A stretch of DNA of 64,000 nt from Spongospora subterranea f. sp. subterranea (Eukaryota): the NCBI GenBank assembly GCA_049724395.1, contig JAUGWO010000062.1:186001-250000 (forward strand), read 5' to 3'. The notes beneath the pieces were generated by a model. That model saw nothing but the letters and a program-made list of their open reading frames with translations. It had not been told where the DNA came from and did not search any database. The position numbers and the translations under genes are program-made. Of this stretch, positions 39,302-53,835 are shown piece after piece (the stretch's first letter is position 1; every line of letters begins with the position of its first letter).

Positions 39302-42300
39302 ATGAACTCAACGCAAGCACTATTAGTACGATGGAATGGATCTGTCCGATCCTGCCATGCGTTCATCCCAGAGCCATGGTTTAGCCAGATGCGATCCGCT
39401 GTTCCTATTTCCTGGACGGGATCGATTCCTGTTCTGATCAGCTGGGATGATAGGAGTTTATTTCTTGGAGCATCGACGTTGAGGCCATGTCCAACAGGTA
39501 ATTGTATTGAGCTGTCTGCAGTATTTGCCAAATCTGTCCACATTCCTGAGAATGTACAAGTCACTGTCTCATCACAACAGTAAGTCCTGTCACCCTTTTT
39601 ACTTCGCTGTTCGATGAAGAATTGCGTCAGAAAATACCTGTCTGTCCCGATTTGCCCGACGCTTTGCGTTGAACCTGAAAGCGCTGATGATTGCGAAATA
39701 ATTTACGCATTAGGTACACCGTGTTCTGGCCTTCGATCTTACGACATTGATTATATTATTAGCTGGACAATTGGAAGCGCAGATATTAAACCAGGTTGAT
39801 GTTGTACAACCCGGCTTGACAGTACCCCTGTGGATTCATGCACAGACTGTGGTTCGAGTTCGCGTTCTTTCAAACCATGGAGTCTCTGATTCTGATTGTA
39901 TTCGACTTGGAAAAAATACTGCAATATCCGTTAATTTCGTAAAGCGGGTTCTTGCTCCCCCATCGTCTCCAAGATCTGTGTTCTCTGCTCGTCTCCGCGT
40001 TGATCATTGCACTCACGATATCAGCCAGCAGTGTATTGGGGTGCCTCCAGAGGTCATGGCGAACCTGGGACTTTTCACATTCGTACATGTTCGGTTTGGA
40101 AAGAAGGAGGCGATGGCACAAGCTGTATCTTGGAGGAACTGTCCTCCCGGTCATGTGCAAATGCGAGCATGCATGAGAGAGCGCTTAGGGCTTCAAAGAT
40201 TCGACTCCGTTATTATCTCGGCTCTGGAATCTCTGCCAAACCAAATTGACGCTGCAGACACGCAATCCATACCTGCGTTAAATGTTCACGCCAGCGAAAC
40301 TTGCACCACTCGGGGGGAAGTTGCCATTGAGGTCGAACAAGAAATAATTGTACTTGACCCCGATGCTATTATAACTGATATCAGCGGCCAGAGCTGGTGC
40401 ATCCGCGTTGAGGAACCACTTATATTATACGGGCGTGGCCGCCTTTCCTTCAACATTACATGCGTTGGTGAAATCAGTATACCAAACATCGAAGTGGATG
40501 TGACCCGTCCACCACAATCGTGCTCAGCATATCCGTCAGAATTGGCCGCATCATTGTCAAGACTTCGCACTTGCTTGAACGGCGCTTCCCAAACCCTGCC
40601 AGCTGCGTCTCCACCTATTCAACCACGGCTTCGATATTTCGGTGGCCTTTGTTTTTCCGGCAATTCTGGTGTCGGCAAAACACATTTCCTACGCGCTTTG
40701 GCTTCACATTTGCAATCAGATCGGAATACATTAGCTGCATGTTGTTGGGTCGATTGTGCACCTATAATTAGTGACAAAATCGATGACATCAAATGTGCAA
40801 TCCGTCTAGAAGTATCGAAAGCGATTTCAAAGGCCCCGACGTTATTGGTCTTTGACGACCTTGATAGGTATGCGGGATTCTATGCTTCAATGGTTTAAAC
40901 ATGAAGGAAATCGTATAATAGGCTCATGCGTGCTTCCAAAGATGAAGAAGGCAACGGCTTGCGAAGTTCTCAACTTGCCGAATTCCTTGCCGACCTTCTC
41001 GTTAATGTTCGCTCATGCTATCCCCTTTTGCCAATTGCATGGGTAGCCTCCGTTCGTTCTTATGGGGACCTTCATCCATCGTTACGTCTACCTGGAGTTT
41101 TCTCCAGTGAAGTTGTATTACCAGCTCCTGATTCAATCAGGCGGGGTATGATATTCCGGGATATTCTGCTGTCACGACCTGCTTGCACAGCACAAGTTGA
41201 TTTTGAATCATTCGGGGCTGATACGGAAGGGTTTATTGCCCAGGACATCATGATTGTCGCTGAACGCGTCTTCCATAGTGCTATTGCTCGAACGCCAGGA
41301 TCAGCTTTGACAATTACCAGGTATCAAGGTTAGACTCAATCCAAAAAACCGCTCATTTGATCACTTTTCTACAGTCAATATGTTGAGAACACCCTGGCTG
41401 CGTATGTGCCATTATCACACCAAAAGGCGGATCTCAAGTCGTCGGAAACAGTGTGGGATGATATCGGAGGTCTTGATGAAAGTTAGAACTACTCTAATTG
41501 AAACGTTTGAATTGCCCACACGGTATTCGTTTCTCTTCGAGAAATCTCCATTGAAACTGCGATCTGGGTTACTTCTTTATGGTCCTCCCGGATGTGGAAA
41601 GTAATAATCTCAGTTTCGTTAAGTCTCCGATTGTATTAATAGTTACAAATGCAGGACGCTGGTTGCTTCTGCCGTTGCACGTGAATGCGGAATGAATTTC
41701 ATCTCAGTTAAGGGCCCAGAGTTGTTAAACAAATACGTAGGCGCCAGCGAGCAGGCGGTTCGCGACCTATTTTCACGCGCCGCAGTTGCCGCACCGTGTT
41801 TGCTGTTTTTCGACGAGTGCGAGTCTATTGTACCTCGTCGAGGAGCCGATAACACCGGTGTCACTGATCGTGTTGTTAACCAAATGCTTTGCCATTTGGA
41901 CGGAGTTGAGAACCGATCCGGAGTGTTCATTCTTTGTGCCACAAGCCGTCCTGACCTGATGGACCCAGCTTTGCTGCGTCCTGGCAGAATTGACAAATGC
42001 TTATACTGTGGCGTTCCTGATGAAATTGCTCGTCTTGGCATTTTGAAAGCGCTCCTACGGAAATTGACAGTGGACTCAGACGTTGATCTCGCATCCATTG
42101 CCAAACGAACCGTCAACTTTACTGGTGCTGATATTCAAGGTCTCCTCAATTCAGCACATCTCCTAGCCGTTCACGAGGCAATCAATTCTCGATCCGAGTC
42201 TGTCACATTATCGATGGAACAGCTCGAAGAGGCGCTCCGGTCTTCTAGAGTATCAGTATCAACTGTAGAAAGGACCCGGTTTCAATCAATATACGCAGCG

Positions 42301-42378
42301 TTTATTGGCGCAAAACCATCCGATTTCAACCTTCACTTGCGCGAAGGGAAAGTCGGTTTTCGTACGACTGTAAAATAA
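39302..42378 (+). CDS. PEX1: Peroxisome biogenesis AAA ATPase PEX1; apparent 1-bp frameshift at 41479-41481
   Basis: N-domain [22 protein letters not shown]1 GNSGVGKT and LVFDDLD; D2 [58 protein letters not shown]. Confidence 0.92.
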
Positions 42379-42793
42379 ATTATTATCATTGTATGTAGTG
42401 TCTTGGATGTTGGTAAACCAGTGAAAACCACGTTCTGTTATATTGGCCAGACGTTTAAACATGAAAAAGAGGTCAATCTAACTGTCTGTTCGATTTGAGG
42501 CGGACGGCATGTTAGAGAGAGCAATACGCTAAATGAGACGCAATTTGAGGACCTCTGTAGCATACACACGAGAGGGGCAACGCGCTAAATAAATGATATG
42601 TCCCGTAATGATTTGAGGACCTCGGTACTACCTATAAACATACGGGCAACATTCTAGAAGGGCAACACGCTATATGTCACGCAATTTGAGGACTTCTGAA
42701 GACGGACGGGATTTTAGGGGGGATTTGGGGTGAGTTTATAACGAGATCATATGATCGTCAACAGACAATACCATCTATATCGATAACTTGTCA

Positions 42794-43017
42794 ATGTGGT
42801 TTACGCCCTGTGTTTTCGTCCTGATCCACGTGGCGGAGGTCATCATGGCACAGTACAGTACCGGTTTACCATCTCCCTCCGACCCGACCACTACTCAGCT
42901 CCCTTCAATGTCGGCAATCAACAGTTCATCACCAGTTCAGATATTCCACAATAACTCTATCGCTCCTGTTGTGTTCGTCTGTTCGTCTTCTGTCCGCAGA
43001 TCTACTCAAATTTTCTC
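42794..43017 (+). pseudogene. Truncated duplicate of KEA exon 1 (signal peptide) ending at the duplication junction
   Basis: Near-identical to 44533-44757. The intron acceptor TTTTCTCAG is replaced by TTTTCTCGC at the junction. Confidence 0.8.
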
Positions 43018-44137
43018 GCTGAACGCGTCTTCCATAGTGCTATTGCTCGAACTCCAGGATCAGCTTTAACAATTACCAGGTATCAAGGTTAGACTCAATC
43101 CAAAAAACCGCTCATTTGATCACTTTTCTACAGTCAATATGTTGAGAACACCCTGGCTGCGTATGTGCCATTATCACACCAAAAGGCGGATCTCAAGTCG
43201 TCGGAAACAGTGTGGGATGATATCGGAGGTCTTGATGAAGTTAGAACTACTCTAATTGAAACGTTTGAATTGCCCACACGGTATTCGTTTCTCTTCGAGA
43301 AATCTCCATTGAAACTGCGATCTGGGTTACTTCTTTATGGTCCTCCCGGATGTGGAAAGTAATAATCTCAGTTTCGTTAAGTCTCCGATTGTATTAATAG
43401 TTACAAATGCAGGACGCTGGTTGCTTCTGCCGTTGCACGTGAATGCGGAATGAATTTCATCTCAGTTAAGGGCCCAGAGTTGTTAAACAAATACGTAGGC
43501 GCCAGCGAGCAGGCGGTTCGCGACCTATTTTCACGCGCCGCAGTTGCCGCACCGTGTTTGCTGTTTTTCGACGAGTGCGAATCTATTGTACCTCGTCGAG
43601 GAGCCGATAACACCGGTGTCACTGATCGTGTTGTTAACCAAATGCTTTGCCATTTGGACGGAGTTGAGAACCGATCCCGGAGTGTTCATTCTTTGTGCCA
43701 CAAGCCGTCCTGACCTGATGGACCCAGCTTTGCTGCGTCCTGGCAGAATTGACAAATGCTTATACTGTGGCGTTCCTGATGAAATTGCTCGTCTTGGCAT
43801 TTTAAAAGCGCTCCTACGGAAATTGACAGTGGACTCAGACGTTGATCTCGCATCCATTGCCAAACGAACCGTCAACTTTACTGGTGCTGATATTCAAGGT
43901 CTCCTCAATTCAGCACATCTCCTAGCCGTTCACGAGGCAATCAATTCTCGATCCGAGTCTGTCACATTATCGATGGAACAGCTCGAAGAGGCGCTCCGGT
44001 CTTCTAGAGTATCAGTATCAACTGTAGAAAGGACCCGGTTTCAATCAATATACGCAGCGTTTATTGGCGCAAAACCATCCGATTTCAATCTTCACTTGCG
44101 CGAAGGGAAAGTCGGTTTTCGTACGACTGTAAAATAA
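43016..44137 (+). pseudogene. 5'-truncated duplicate of PEX1 (D2 AAA domain only), frameshift at 43676-43678
   Basis: Near-identical to 41257-42378; lacks the N-domain and most of D1. Confidence 0.85.
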
Positions 44138-44532
44138 ATTATTATCACTGTATGTAGTGTCTTGGATGTTGGTAAACCAGTGAAAACCACGTTCTGTTAT
44201 ATTGGCCAGACGTTTAAACATGAAAAAGAGGTCAAGAGGCGGACGGCATGTTAGAGAGAGCAATACGCTAAATGAGACGCAATTTGAGGACCTCTGTAGT
44301 ATACACACGAGAGGGGCAACGCGCTAAATAAATGATATGTCCCGTAATGATTTGAGGACCTCGGTACTACCTATAAACATACGGGCAACATTCTAGAAGG
44401 GCAACACGCTATATGTCACGCAATTTGAGGACTTCTGAAGACGGACGGGATTTTAGGGGGGATTTGGGGTGAGTTTATAACGAGATCATATGATCGTCAA
44501 CAGACAATACCATCTATATCGATAACTTGTCA

Positions 44533-46539
44533 ATGTGGTTTACGCCCTGTGTTTTCGTCCTGATCCACGTGGCGGAGGTCATCATGGCACAGTACAGTAC
44601 CGGTTTACCAACTCCCTCCGACCCGACCACTACTCAGCTCCCTTCAATGTCGGCAATCAACAGTTCATCACCAGTTCAGATATTCCACAATAACTCTATC
44701 GCTCCTGTTGTGTTCGTCTGTTCGTCTTCTGTCCGCAGATCTACTCAAATTTTTCTCAGGAACTTTCGGAACTTGAACTACTTCAGAAACAGTTGTCGGA
44801 GTCGCTTTTTCAAATTGAAAAAGAACGGCAGTCGAATGTTGATTTGGCCAAGGAATTGTCCGATCTAAAAATGGGCAATGCCGCTGCTGATGCCAAATTA
44901 ATCGATTACGACACCGGAATGGTTCAGTTAAAGAACGGTTCGCTTGAATCCATTACGGGAGGTGACGAGAAGGCTGTGGACCCAGCCCTTCTTCAAGAGA
45001 GCCCAACATTTGTTGCCGACCTCGTCTGCCTACTGATTGCGGCCACAATAGCCGCCGCCGTTGCCGAGTACTATCGCCTTCCCGTATTTCTAGGTACATT
45101 CGTGTGTTGATGCACAACCGCTGAACCGCATTTTGCTGAGAACTGCCTGGTTAGGGTTTATTATTGGAGGAATGTTGGTTGGCCCAAGCGGCTTGAACTT
45201 TCTTCATCCGTCAAATGTCAAATACATCGATAGTTTAGCTCAAGCCGGTATATCGCTATTGCTGTTTGAAAGCGGCGTATCTTTCGGAAGAGAGAAAAAT
45301 GTGGAACGCTCTTATCGTATGACGATTTTTGCATTTCTGATGCAGTTCCTAATCATTATCATGCTCGTCCCTACCGTTATATCGAGGTTTATAACGATTC
45401 ATGCCAGTTTTCAATCAACGATCATTTTTGCGTTGTGCATGTCGTTATCAAGCTCAAATTCGATCTGGGAGCTTAAACACGAATCGTCCAACTCGAATCA
45501 GAAGTCGGTTAGAATGGCGTTGGCGATCGTATCGGGCCAGGATCTGTTTATGGGGTTCTTGCTTTGTTTACCGGTTAGCACATCCAAGGTGTTGAATCCT
45601 CAAATATTTTCAACTGTGCTGTGCTTTGTCAACCATTAGGATGCTCTTTATTTCGGTCCACTTGGCGTATTTATCGTTATGAAACAACTCATTTATGGAG
45701 CGGCTCTTGCTTTCTCATCAGTTTGGTTTTCTCGTCGAATATTGCCACAACTAATGCATGTATTTTTGGACCGCCCCGCGTCGAAGCTGTTTTTGCTGTC
45801 GATCCTCTCGCTTTGCACTGTTTTCAGTGCTGTATCCACATTAACGGGATTATCCACCGAGTTCGGTGCGATGACAGCAGGTTCGGTTTTTCCTCACCTG
45901 TACATTATAGTAAAATTCGGTACAGGCATGACGTTGTCGAATTCCGACCTTGGCAAGACCGCGCTTACCAAGCTTCGTCCGCTTTCCCATCTGTTTTCAG
46001 GTCAAATAAGAAGTCCTCAATCTCTGATCTTCAAATCTCAAAGCTTGTGTACAGGGATCCTATTTGCCAGTATTGGGATGTTGTTATCTCCTAGGTTCAT
46101 CCTAACCCATTTAGGGACATTATGTGTCACACTACTCTTTGTGGTGTTGGTCAAATTTCTCTCTGGATTTGTCGTTGCCCACTCCCTTGGCCAATCGAGA
46201 CGCTGCGCAATGACAATCGGACTAAGTATCTCGACCGTCGCCGAATTCAGCATGATTTTGGCTGCCAAGGTAGTAGATGATTGATTGCCTTATATTGTGG
46301 TGTTTATTATTTATTGCCTATAGGGATATCAGCTGGAAATCATCAGCCGCTCCCATTATCTACATGTTCTAGCGGTGACTTTCCTTTCATTTGTTATTTC
46401 CCCAATGATATACCAGTTTTCATCGTTGCTTCATGATTCGGATCATAATGAATCACCTGTTCGCCGTCGCTCCTCTGGAAATGAGGATGAAGACAAGGGT
46501 TTGGACGAAGATGCTCCTATTCTTATACACAGGCTGTGA
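44533..46539 (+). CDS. CPA2-family K+/H+ antiporter (KEA4-6/TMCO3-like) with signal peptide and coiled coil
   Basis: DPALLQE..FVADLVCLLIAA..LGFIIGGMLVGPSGL, GISLLLFESG, SLSSS, QDL, LFASIGM, AEFSMILA; multiple TM helices; several introns. Confidence 0.85.
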
Positions 46540-46559
46540 TTGTGTATTGTTTTGTGCCT

Positions 46560-47650
46560 TTATTTAATGACTTCGCCTGCACAGGTCCAGTAACTAGTGT
46601 TTAGGCAGGTTGGGAACCAACTCGGAACAGAGCAATAGAAGCATTTCCTCCCTGACTGGACTTCGTTGGCGTTGAGTATAGCGCTGGCCAATAGCAGCAG
46701 CCAGCAGATCCCTGCCAACAGTTCGGTCAATCGCAACGGAGACGGTTGAATTACGACGCCAATCTTGATTGTTTCTTTGAGAATTGCCAAGCCAGCAAGA
46801 AATCCCATTCCTAAAGCGAACAGAATGGTTAGCGATTACCGAAGCCATGGTCAGAAATCATCATACCGAACGACACCATCATTGCCAGGCTATCGATCAG
46901 TGGCATCGATCCAATCAACCCCCCAATAACTCCCAATATCAGAACCGTCAGGATTGCGCGTTTAGTTCTCCCTCCTCTCAATGCCAGGCCGTTCTTGATG
47001 ATGTCAGCGAGGCGTGCTCCAATCAGGCCAGCAGCAGCGGCTGATCCTCCAGCCGAAAACACGTTCGGCTCAAATACACTGCTGACAATCATTCCTGTGG
47101 CGCCCGACGTGAGATATATGAAGATTATTGGTCGGAATCCGAAGGCGGATTCGATCGGGACGCCCAAGAGAAGTAGGACAAACAGATTGAAGACGAGATC
47201 GCCAACCCCTGCTTGCAGGAATATAGATGTGGCAAATCTCCACCATTCATGTCTGTGGAAGATGTTGAAACTGTTTTTCAATCCGTATTGGTCGAGGATG
47301 GTAGATTTCACCCCAAATAGCGGATTATCATGGATCGGAGCGTATCTCCATTGATTCCTCCCAAATATGGCCAGTAGTGAGATCACGCCGAATAAGACCA
47401 GGGCGTCGATCACCCATACAGATTGTGTCACCAGCTCAGGCTCAGGGTGGTAAACGCTCTCCGGTCCCCAGACCGAGAAGCATTCTGCTGGCTCCTGACT
47501 GGAATAACGAATGATCTGGCGCTGTTCAGGTTCTACTGGATACGTCTCCAAGGCCTGTTCGGACCCCTCATCCGGTTCGTCTTGCTGTATCCGTATCTGA
47601 TCAGGCGCCATGGCATATCCATCAATTTTAACGCTGCTTGAGGCGGTCAT
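46560..47650 (-). CDS. Rhomboid-family protein, probably catalytically inactive
   Basis: NPLFG, EWWRFATSIFL, IESAFG..IYLTSG and SAGGSAA. Intron ~46812-46867 joins the two ORFs. The TM6 region reads IDSLAMMVSFGMG. Confidence 0.85.
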
Positions 47651-48031
47651 CGACCGGAAATTCTAGAAATTTCCAGTATTCCTTAGTATTCCTCTGATAA
47701 ATCAGTCACAGATTGCCAGCCGGCTCGGTCAAAAAGTCTGCAGTTTTGGTGACAACACAGTTTTCAAATCAATACGAAATTCATCGCCTCCATGTAGACC
47801 TCACCAAAGATCATCTTTGCAATAGATATTTTTTTTTTAATGTGAGATGTCCCGCTTGATTATCATAGATGTCATTATCGTGTGGCTAATACTAACTTTC
47901 CCCACATGATTTCTGAAAGTGATGGTTTATAGATTAAGCGATATCTAACGCTGGCGGTAATGGTAGATCCGGGCAGTATGTCTGAGCCAGACACACTAAT
48001 GTCTCCTGTTCAACAACAGGATTATCTTTGG

Positions 48032-49109
48032 TCATCTGTAAAATGGAATCGGATCCTGCGTTATCGGCAAAGAGACTCTCGAACATACCTCATATAAAGA
48101 ATTCAAGGTGTGAAGAAGATTGGGATAGCGAACAGCCGCCTCTGGATGAGAACGGATAGATTGTTCTAGAACCAATATGCTTTCTGATGGCTTATCAACA
48201 TATACTAACGCACATGCTAAATTGATTGAGGCGGGAATATGTCCATGATCACGTCTCACAATCTTATACAGCATCTCTATTGCGGCGATGAACTGATTCT
48301 GCCGGATTAGACAACAGGCAAGCTCGACTAGGATATCCAGACTAGGATTGGGGATAGCATTGAGTAAATCAATCGCTGATTGGCACTTCCCAGCACGAAG
48401 TAGGATATGAGCTTGGCGAATATCGCTAATCGTCTCAATTGACGATAACAATCCGAGAGCCTGGGACACGCGACCTGCTGAGATATACGCCTCGATCAGG
48501 GAATAACGAACGAGATCAACGTTAGTTTGTTCGGGACGCGATTCAAGTGAGTGTAGCAGGGTTTCTAAGGCCGTTATTCTCCCTGGACAATGAACACCGT
48601 TATTGATGAGGGCAAGAGTCGTGAACATACGTTGATGATTAACCTGGAAGTGGTCTGAGATCGGCTTCAAGAACAGATATGATAATGTGATTATTAACAA
48701 TGGCTTTATATGATAATATAAGATGATCTATATCCTGAACCAGATTTAATCTATCCAAAGATCGTATGGCGTATTCCAGAGCGCTCGATAACATATTAAT
48801 CTGCATGTGCCCATGAGATGCACCATCTAATAATTGACGGCAACATGCTAATGAATCCCGATATTGCCCATTATCCTATAATATCCTGTGGTTATTATCT
48901 AAAGCGATATATTCAGGACAGATTACGTATAAGGCAATCCAGTTGAGGTCCTGAGGTACTATCATTGACCGGGTTGGGACAGAGCCCTTAAAGAAGTCAT
49001 TAAGAATCGTGGCATCAGAGCGATGGATATGATCGCTGGCGTGATGATGTATTGACGCTATCTGGGCCAGAGATAAAGTCATGTCGGCAATGGCCTCCAT
49101 GGTAATGAT
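48032..49109 (-). CDS. TPR protein, TRAPPC12-like; 5' end unresolved near the minisatellite
   Basis: TPR helices; the C-terminal INLACALVY..SILVLE..P..LNSLYEVCS resembles the TRAPPC12 tail. Confidence 0.55.
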
Positions 49110-49123
49110 GGCGATAAAGGATG

Positions 49124-49471
49124 GGTCTACCGGGGAGTCAGGCGGTCTACCGGGGAGTCAGGCGGTCTACCGGGGAGTCAGGCGGTCTACCGGGGAGTCA
49201 GGCGGTCTACCGGGGAGTCAGGCGGTCTACCGGGGAGTCAGGCGGTCTACCGGGGAGTCAGGCGGTCTACCGGGGAGTCAGGCGGTCTACCGGGGAGTCA
49301 GGCGGTCTACCGGGGAGTCAGGCGGTCTACCGGGGAGTCAGGCGGTCTACCGGGGAGTCAGGCGGTCTACCGGGGAGTCAGGCGGTCTACCGGGGAGTCA
49401 GGCGGTCTACCGAGGAGTCAGGCGGTCTACCGGGGAGTCAGGCGGTCTACCGGGGAGTCAGGCACTCTACC
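49124..49471. repeat. Minisatellite of ~17 x 20-bp GGCGGTCTACCGGGGAGTCA
   Basis: 16 full copies (49141-49460) with one G>A variant at 49413, plus partial copies at both ends. Confidence 0.98.
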
Positions 49472-49792
49472 AGATCATTGACTGATTTACTGCACGTACT
49501 CTACCAGACCTTCTTCGAGCTCTACCCTCTATTATGTCATGGTCACGGTCCTACCATCTCAGGGTAACCAGTTGAGCCATGGTTGATTGCTACATCGTGC
49601 GGTGAAAGTGCGGTAAACATAGCTCCAGACTGTAATATGTATGTACAGTATAATGTATCTTGATCACCACTGCGTTACAGTGATCGGGTTATCCCACGAG
49701 TCCATGACCGCCATCGGCCATCGGGGCACAGTAGCTCGTTACTGGCAAAGGGCACCCGACATCCATCGTTGCATTGTCGGGTCAGAGTCGTC

Positions 49793-50419
49793 ATGATTAC
49801 AATATTTTCCCACTTCAAGCTAATTTGCACATCCATACAATGCAATTCTACATTATTACGGCCATTTGCATCGATAGCATCGGCTAATGGGCGAGTAGCC
49901 GGAGTTGACCAGCTCGTTCCAGTTCCAGCTACCACATCGTCCTATTCGGTACCCAAACGCATTTTAGCTCCATCGGTCCGTATCGACCATGTTCAAGATT
50001 GTGCCCAAAATAATGGCCCTGAGGCCAAAAGGTGATTGCATTTATCAGATGCGTATTTCTACATAACTTTATCAATTAGGCTATATGCTGTATTCGCTAT
50101 TGAAGGGAAACAGTTCAAGGTGGTAGCTGGTGATACTGTTATGACACCACATCTGAAAGGTGTTGATATTGGCTCAACGATTCGCCTGGACAGCGTCTTA
50201 CTTGTTGGGGGAGTGGATTTCACTTGTATTGGGCGGCCACATGTTGAGAACGCGTCAGTGATGGCATCTGTGGAAGAGCAAGCGCAAACTGCCAAACTCA
50301 TAGTATTCAAGAAAAAGCGAAGGCAGGGATACCGAAGGACGAGAGGTCATCGCACTGATGTCACTATATTGAAGATTGACGATATCACCCTGGAAGACTC
50401 AGCAGCTAGAACAGAATGA
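49793..50419 (+). CDS. MRPL21: Mitochondrial ribosomal protein bL21m
   Basis: YAVFAIEGKQFKV, IGRPHV and VFKKKRRQGYRRTRGHR; N-terminal extension; intron 50032-50079. Confidence 0.9.
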
Positions 50420-50521
50420 TAAAGCTACAATGGTGCCAACATATGATTCATGCGTTCATGGAATTGTTTATTATATTGTCCGCGTTGTCAGAATATTATC
50501 AACCGACAACATCTGCTCGAT

Positions 50522-52434
<1,913 letters not shown>

Positions 52435-52982
52435 TGATATGATTATATTGACACTAAGGTCATCATTTCGTCAACGCTGAAACAAATAAAGCGAGAAGCG
52501 CTAAATGAAGGTTCAAGGGTCGTACAGATTCGATCTCAAATCTTTCCGTGATCCAAAAAGAAGATACTGGTTTTTATGAAGTTAAACATCGTGACAATAA
52601 CACAAATGAGCGATATGTCACCGCTCAATAGTCAAATGAATCAACACCAAAGTTCGTTATTGTCGGGCATGACAGTCCAGCCAAGATAGAGACTACACTG
52701 TAGTGAGGCCCCCCTCCCCCGTCAGGATTGTGTCCGCATACCCCATGTTACAATACTCTTCCTGTACACCATGTACGTACACATAGCTGACATAGTCACA
52801 GGTCCAAGGATGAGAAGGATTGCATTTACTAGAGGAGGCCCCCTCCATTCCTCACTGAGCAACCTCCCTCACCCGCTCATCAGTCAACTCCCTTAACAGA
52901 GCACAGATTTTGTATCGCGCTCTTGGTCGGCAAAACTGTCAACCTGCAGAAATAGTGGGGACGAGCGATACAATAATACATC

Positions 52983-53642
52983 ATGGTACCGATTAGTCAT
53001 CGCCTTCTTCATTTATTCCCTCATCTGCTGATGTATAGTCTAAAACTCTAGCTCCTTATCTTACCGCTGTTCGCCAGACACTTACGGCTGCCCTCTGTAT
53101 CCGCAATTTCGCCTCCCAAAAAATTGAACGGCACAACAAGCCTGAGGTTGAGGCCAGGTTACAATGCATATCTACGTTTGGCCAGTTTGATTAATTTATT
53201 GTCTAGGATGAATCCTGAACTGTTATTAACGCCTGTGGTTATTTCTCGCAATGAACGTGAAAGGACGATGATCGAAGGGTCTATCAATTCTGTTCGAATC
53301 TCTATCGCTATCAAGCAAGCCGATGATTTGGAGGTGGTACTGGCCGACCGCTTCTCCCGTTTCTTAATGCAGCGCGCTGAAGAATTCCACATTTTGCGTC
53401 GAAAATCAATCGATGAAACATTCAATGTTCCTTTGAAATCGGGAGGTTTTGAGCAAAAGCGATACGATATCAGCTTTCTCATCACAAATTTTCATACTGA
53501 GGATATGTTGAAACTCAAGTTGATCGATTTCATCATCGAATTCATGAATGAAATCGATAAAGAGATCAGTGAGATGAAGCTAAACGTGAACAGTCGGGCC
53601 CGTGTCGTTGGAGAACTCTTCTTGCAGCAGTTCGTGGCGTAA
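52983..53642 (+). CDS. ARPC4: Arp2/3 complex subunit 4 (p20)
   Basis: ATG-only first exon, then [67 protein letters not shown] and [11 protein letters not shown]. Confidence 0.95.
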
Positions 53643-53835
53643 CTATAGTAGTAATCAACAACATGTCATTTTCTATTTTATTGAGGGCGTACTTACAGTG
53701 TGTCGTTATGAGTTGGGCACAAACCAAATAGTCATAATTAAACCACGTATCACTTATTGAATTGGCGATAGATCAGGAAGATATATTGGAGTTATGTCAG
53801 GTGAGGTTTAGATTTTAAAAATGGCGCCCGATTGC

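Larger units (their letters stand above)
41257..44757. repeat. Tandem segmental duplication: copy 1 41257-43015, copy 2 43016-44757
   Basis: The copies align end to end with about 8 substitutions, two 1-bp indels and one 20-bp indel (42477-42496). There is TC microhomology at 43016-43017. Confidence 0.95.

Noticed and set aside
42710..42730. Interstitial telomere repeat (TTTTAGGG)
   Set aside because: Single unit only, no array.
49081..49567. GLPGSQAVYRGVRRSTGES repeat ORFs
   Set aside because: These are translations of the 20-bp minisatellite.
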